From the NCBI GenBank assembly GCA_005776585.1, contig SXOX01000276.1, positions 142 to 64,141 on the forward strand: a stretch of DNA of 64,000 bases, given 5' to 3'. Shown piece after piece: positions 63,460 to 64,000 of the stretch (the stretch's first letter is position 1; every line of letters begins with the position of its first letter). This DNA is from Pseudomonadota bacterium (GTDB lineage Bacteria > Myxococcota_A > UBA9042 > GCA-2863065). Position numbers and translations under genes: made by a program. The notes beneath the pieces were generated by a model that did not search any database, had not been told where the DNA came from, and saw nothing but the letters and a program-made list of their open reading frames with translations.

Positions 63460-64000
63460 ATGCTCTCTCTCGGTACCATGCTCGCCCTGGCCTCGTTCTC
63501 GACCTATATCGGGGCGGGCCTGTTGTCCTTCGTGGGCGGGATGCGGCTCCGACGCGCCGTGGGGACGAGCCTGCTCGTCCTCGGCGGTCTGCTCGGACTC
63601 GCGGCCACGGTCGCCGCGATGGTCGGTGACACCTCATACGCCGCTGGTCCATTCGCTGGACTGGGGGCACCTCGCTTTCACCTCGACGGCGTCTCGGCCG
63701 CGTTTCTGGTTCCCATCTCCCTGTTGGAGATCGCCTGCGCCGTCTTCGCCCTCGGCTACTGGTCCGACGACGACCAACCGCGCACGGCGTCTCGGCTTCG
63801 CGCGCTCTTCGGCTGGGCAGGCGCCGGCATCGTGCTGGTACTCGTCGCCACGGACCCGGTCCACTTCCTGGCCGGCTGGGAGGTCATGGCGCTCGCCGCG
63901 TTCCTGATGCTCACCGTCGAGGACCACGACCCGCACGTCACGCGCGCGGGCTTCACCTACCTGATCGCGACGCACGTCGGGGTCCTGTGCCTCTTTGGTC
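63460..64000 (+). CDS. proton-conducting membrane subunit (NuoL/HyfB/HycC/MrpD family), N-terminal 180 codons; continues beyond the window
   Basis: Open at the window edge, so not in the track. Own translation from ATG 63460: MLSLGTMLALASFSTYIGAGLL...HLDGVSAAFLVPISLLE...DPVHFLAGWEVMALAAFLMLTVE... (GWE-M motif of this family). Alternative ATG at 63478. Confidence 0.7.
   Translation, partial: MLSLGTMLALASFSTYIGAGLLSFVGGMRLRRAVGTSLLVLGGLLGLAATVAAMVGDTSYAAGPFAGLGAPRFHLDGVSAAFLVPISLLEIACAVFALGYWSDDDQPRTASRLRALFGWAGAGIVLVLVATDPVHFLAGWEVMALAAFLMLTVEDHDPHVTRAGFTYLIATHVGVLCLFG

Overview
Very GC-rich bacterial chromosomal segment. G+C was judged by eye and not computed. The gene content (PEGA-domain kinase, RCC1-repeat and Cys-rich lipoproteins, a sigma-54 promoter, many lipobox proteins) suggests a myxobacterium, but that is inference only. 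I can support about 49 protein-coding genes, 3 tRNAs (Val-CAC, Glu-UUC, Lys-UUU), several promoter or operator candidates and one in-frame tandem repeat. I saw no CRISPR array, rRNA, transposase or integrase. Many long track ORFs are antisense or out-of-frame shadows typical of high-GC DNA and were rejected. Real genes were picked by recognisable motifs, and starts were trimmed to sites showing ATGA/GTGA start-stop coupling or a Shine-Dalgarno sequence. Start codons are the least certain part of the annotation.

Layout:
- 1-12348 (minus strand): MFS transporter, VOC protein, NmrA-like protein, lytic transglycosylase, cytochrome b/c fusion, Rieske protein, TPR-PEGA protein, Ser/Thr kinase, ALDH, proC.
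- 12476-16888: membrane protein with a discoidin domain, converging on an ABC pair.
- 16977-23465: lipid kinase, lnt (with a large insertion), SDR, and a propeller lipoprotein.
- 23556-28508: TatT-associated TRAP transporter locus with a USP.
- 28601-35004: SWIM-SNF2 ATPase and two lipoproteins.
- 35055-42416: five-gene coupled operon (Mo-hydroxylase, SsnA-like amidohydrolase, two PLP enzymes, C-N hydrolase).
- 42421-45000: lower-GC islet (HEPN/MNT pair, lipoprotein, GSU2403-like nucleotidyltransferase).
- 44997-46934: YgfK-like Fe-S protein.
- 47011-64000: housekeeping genes (queG, surE, apt, phosphohexomutase, purC, tsaC/sua5, dedA, topA, tRNAs, start of a HyfB/NuoL-like subunit).

Most interesting candidates: the Mo-hydroxylase/SsnA/PLP/PLP/C-N-hydrolase operon together with its YgfK-like neighbour, which may be an uncharacterised N-heterocycle pathway; and an Lnt carrying a propeller-like insertion of about 370 residues inside its catalytic domain. 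All functional calls rest on motif recognition by eye and on recalled family knowledge. No database search was run.
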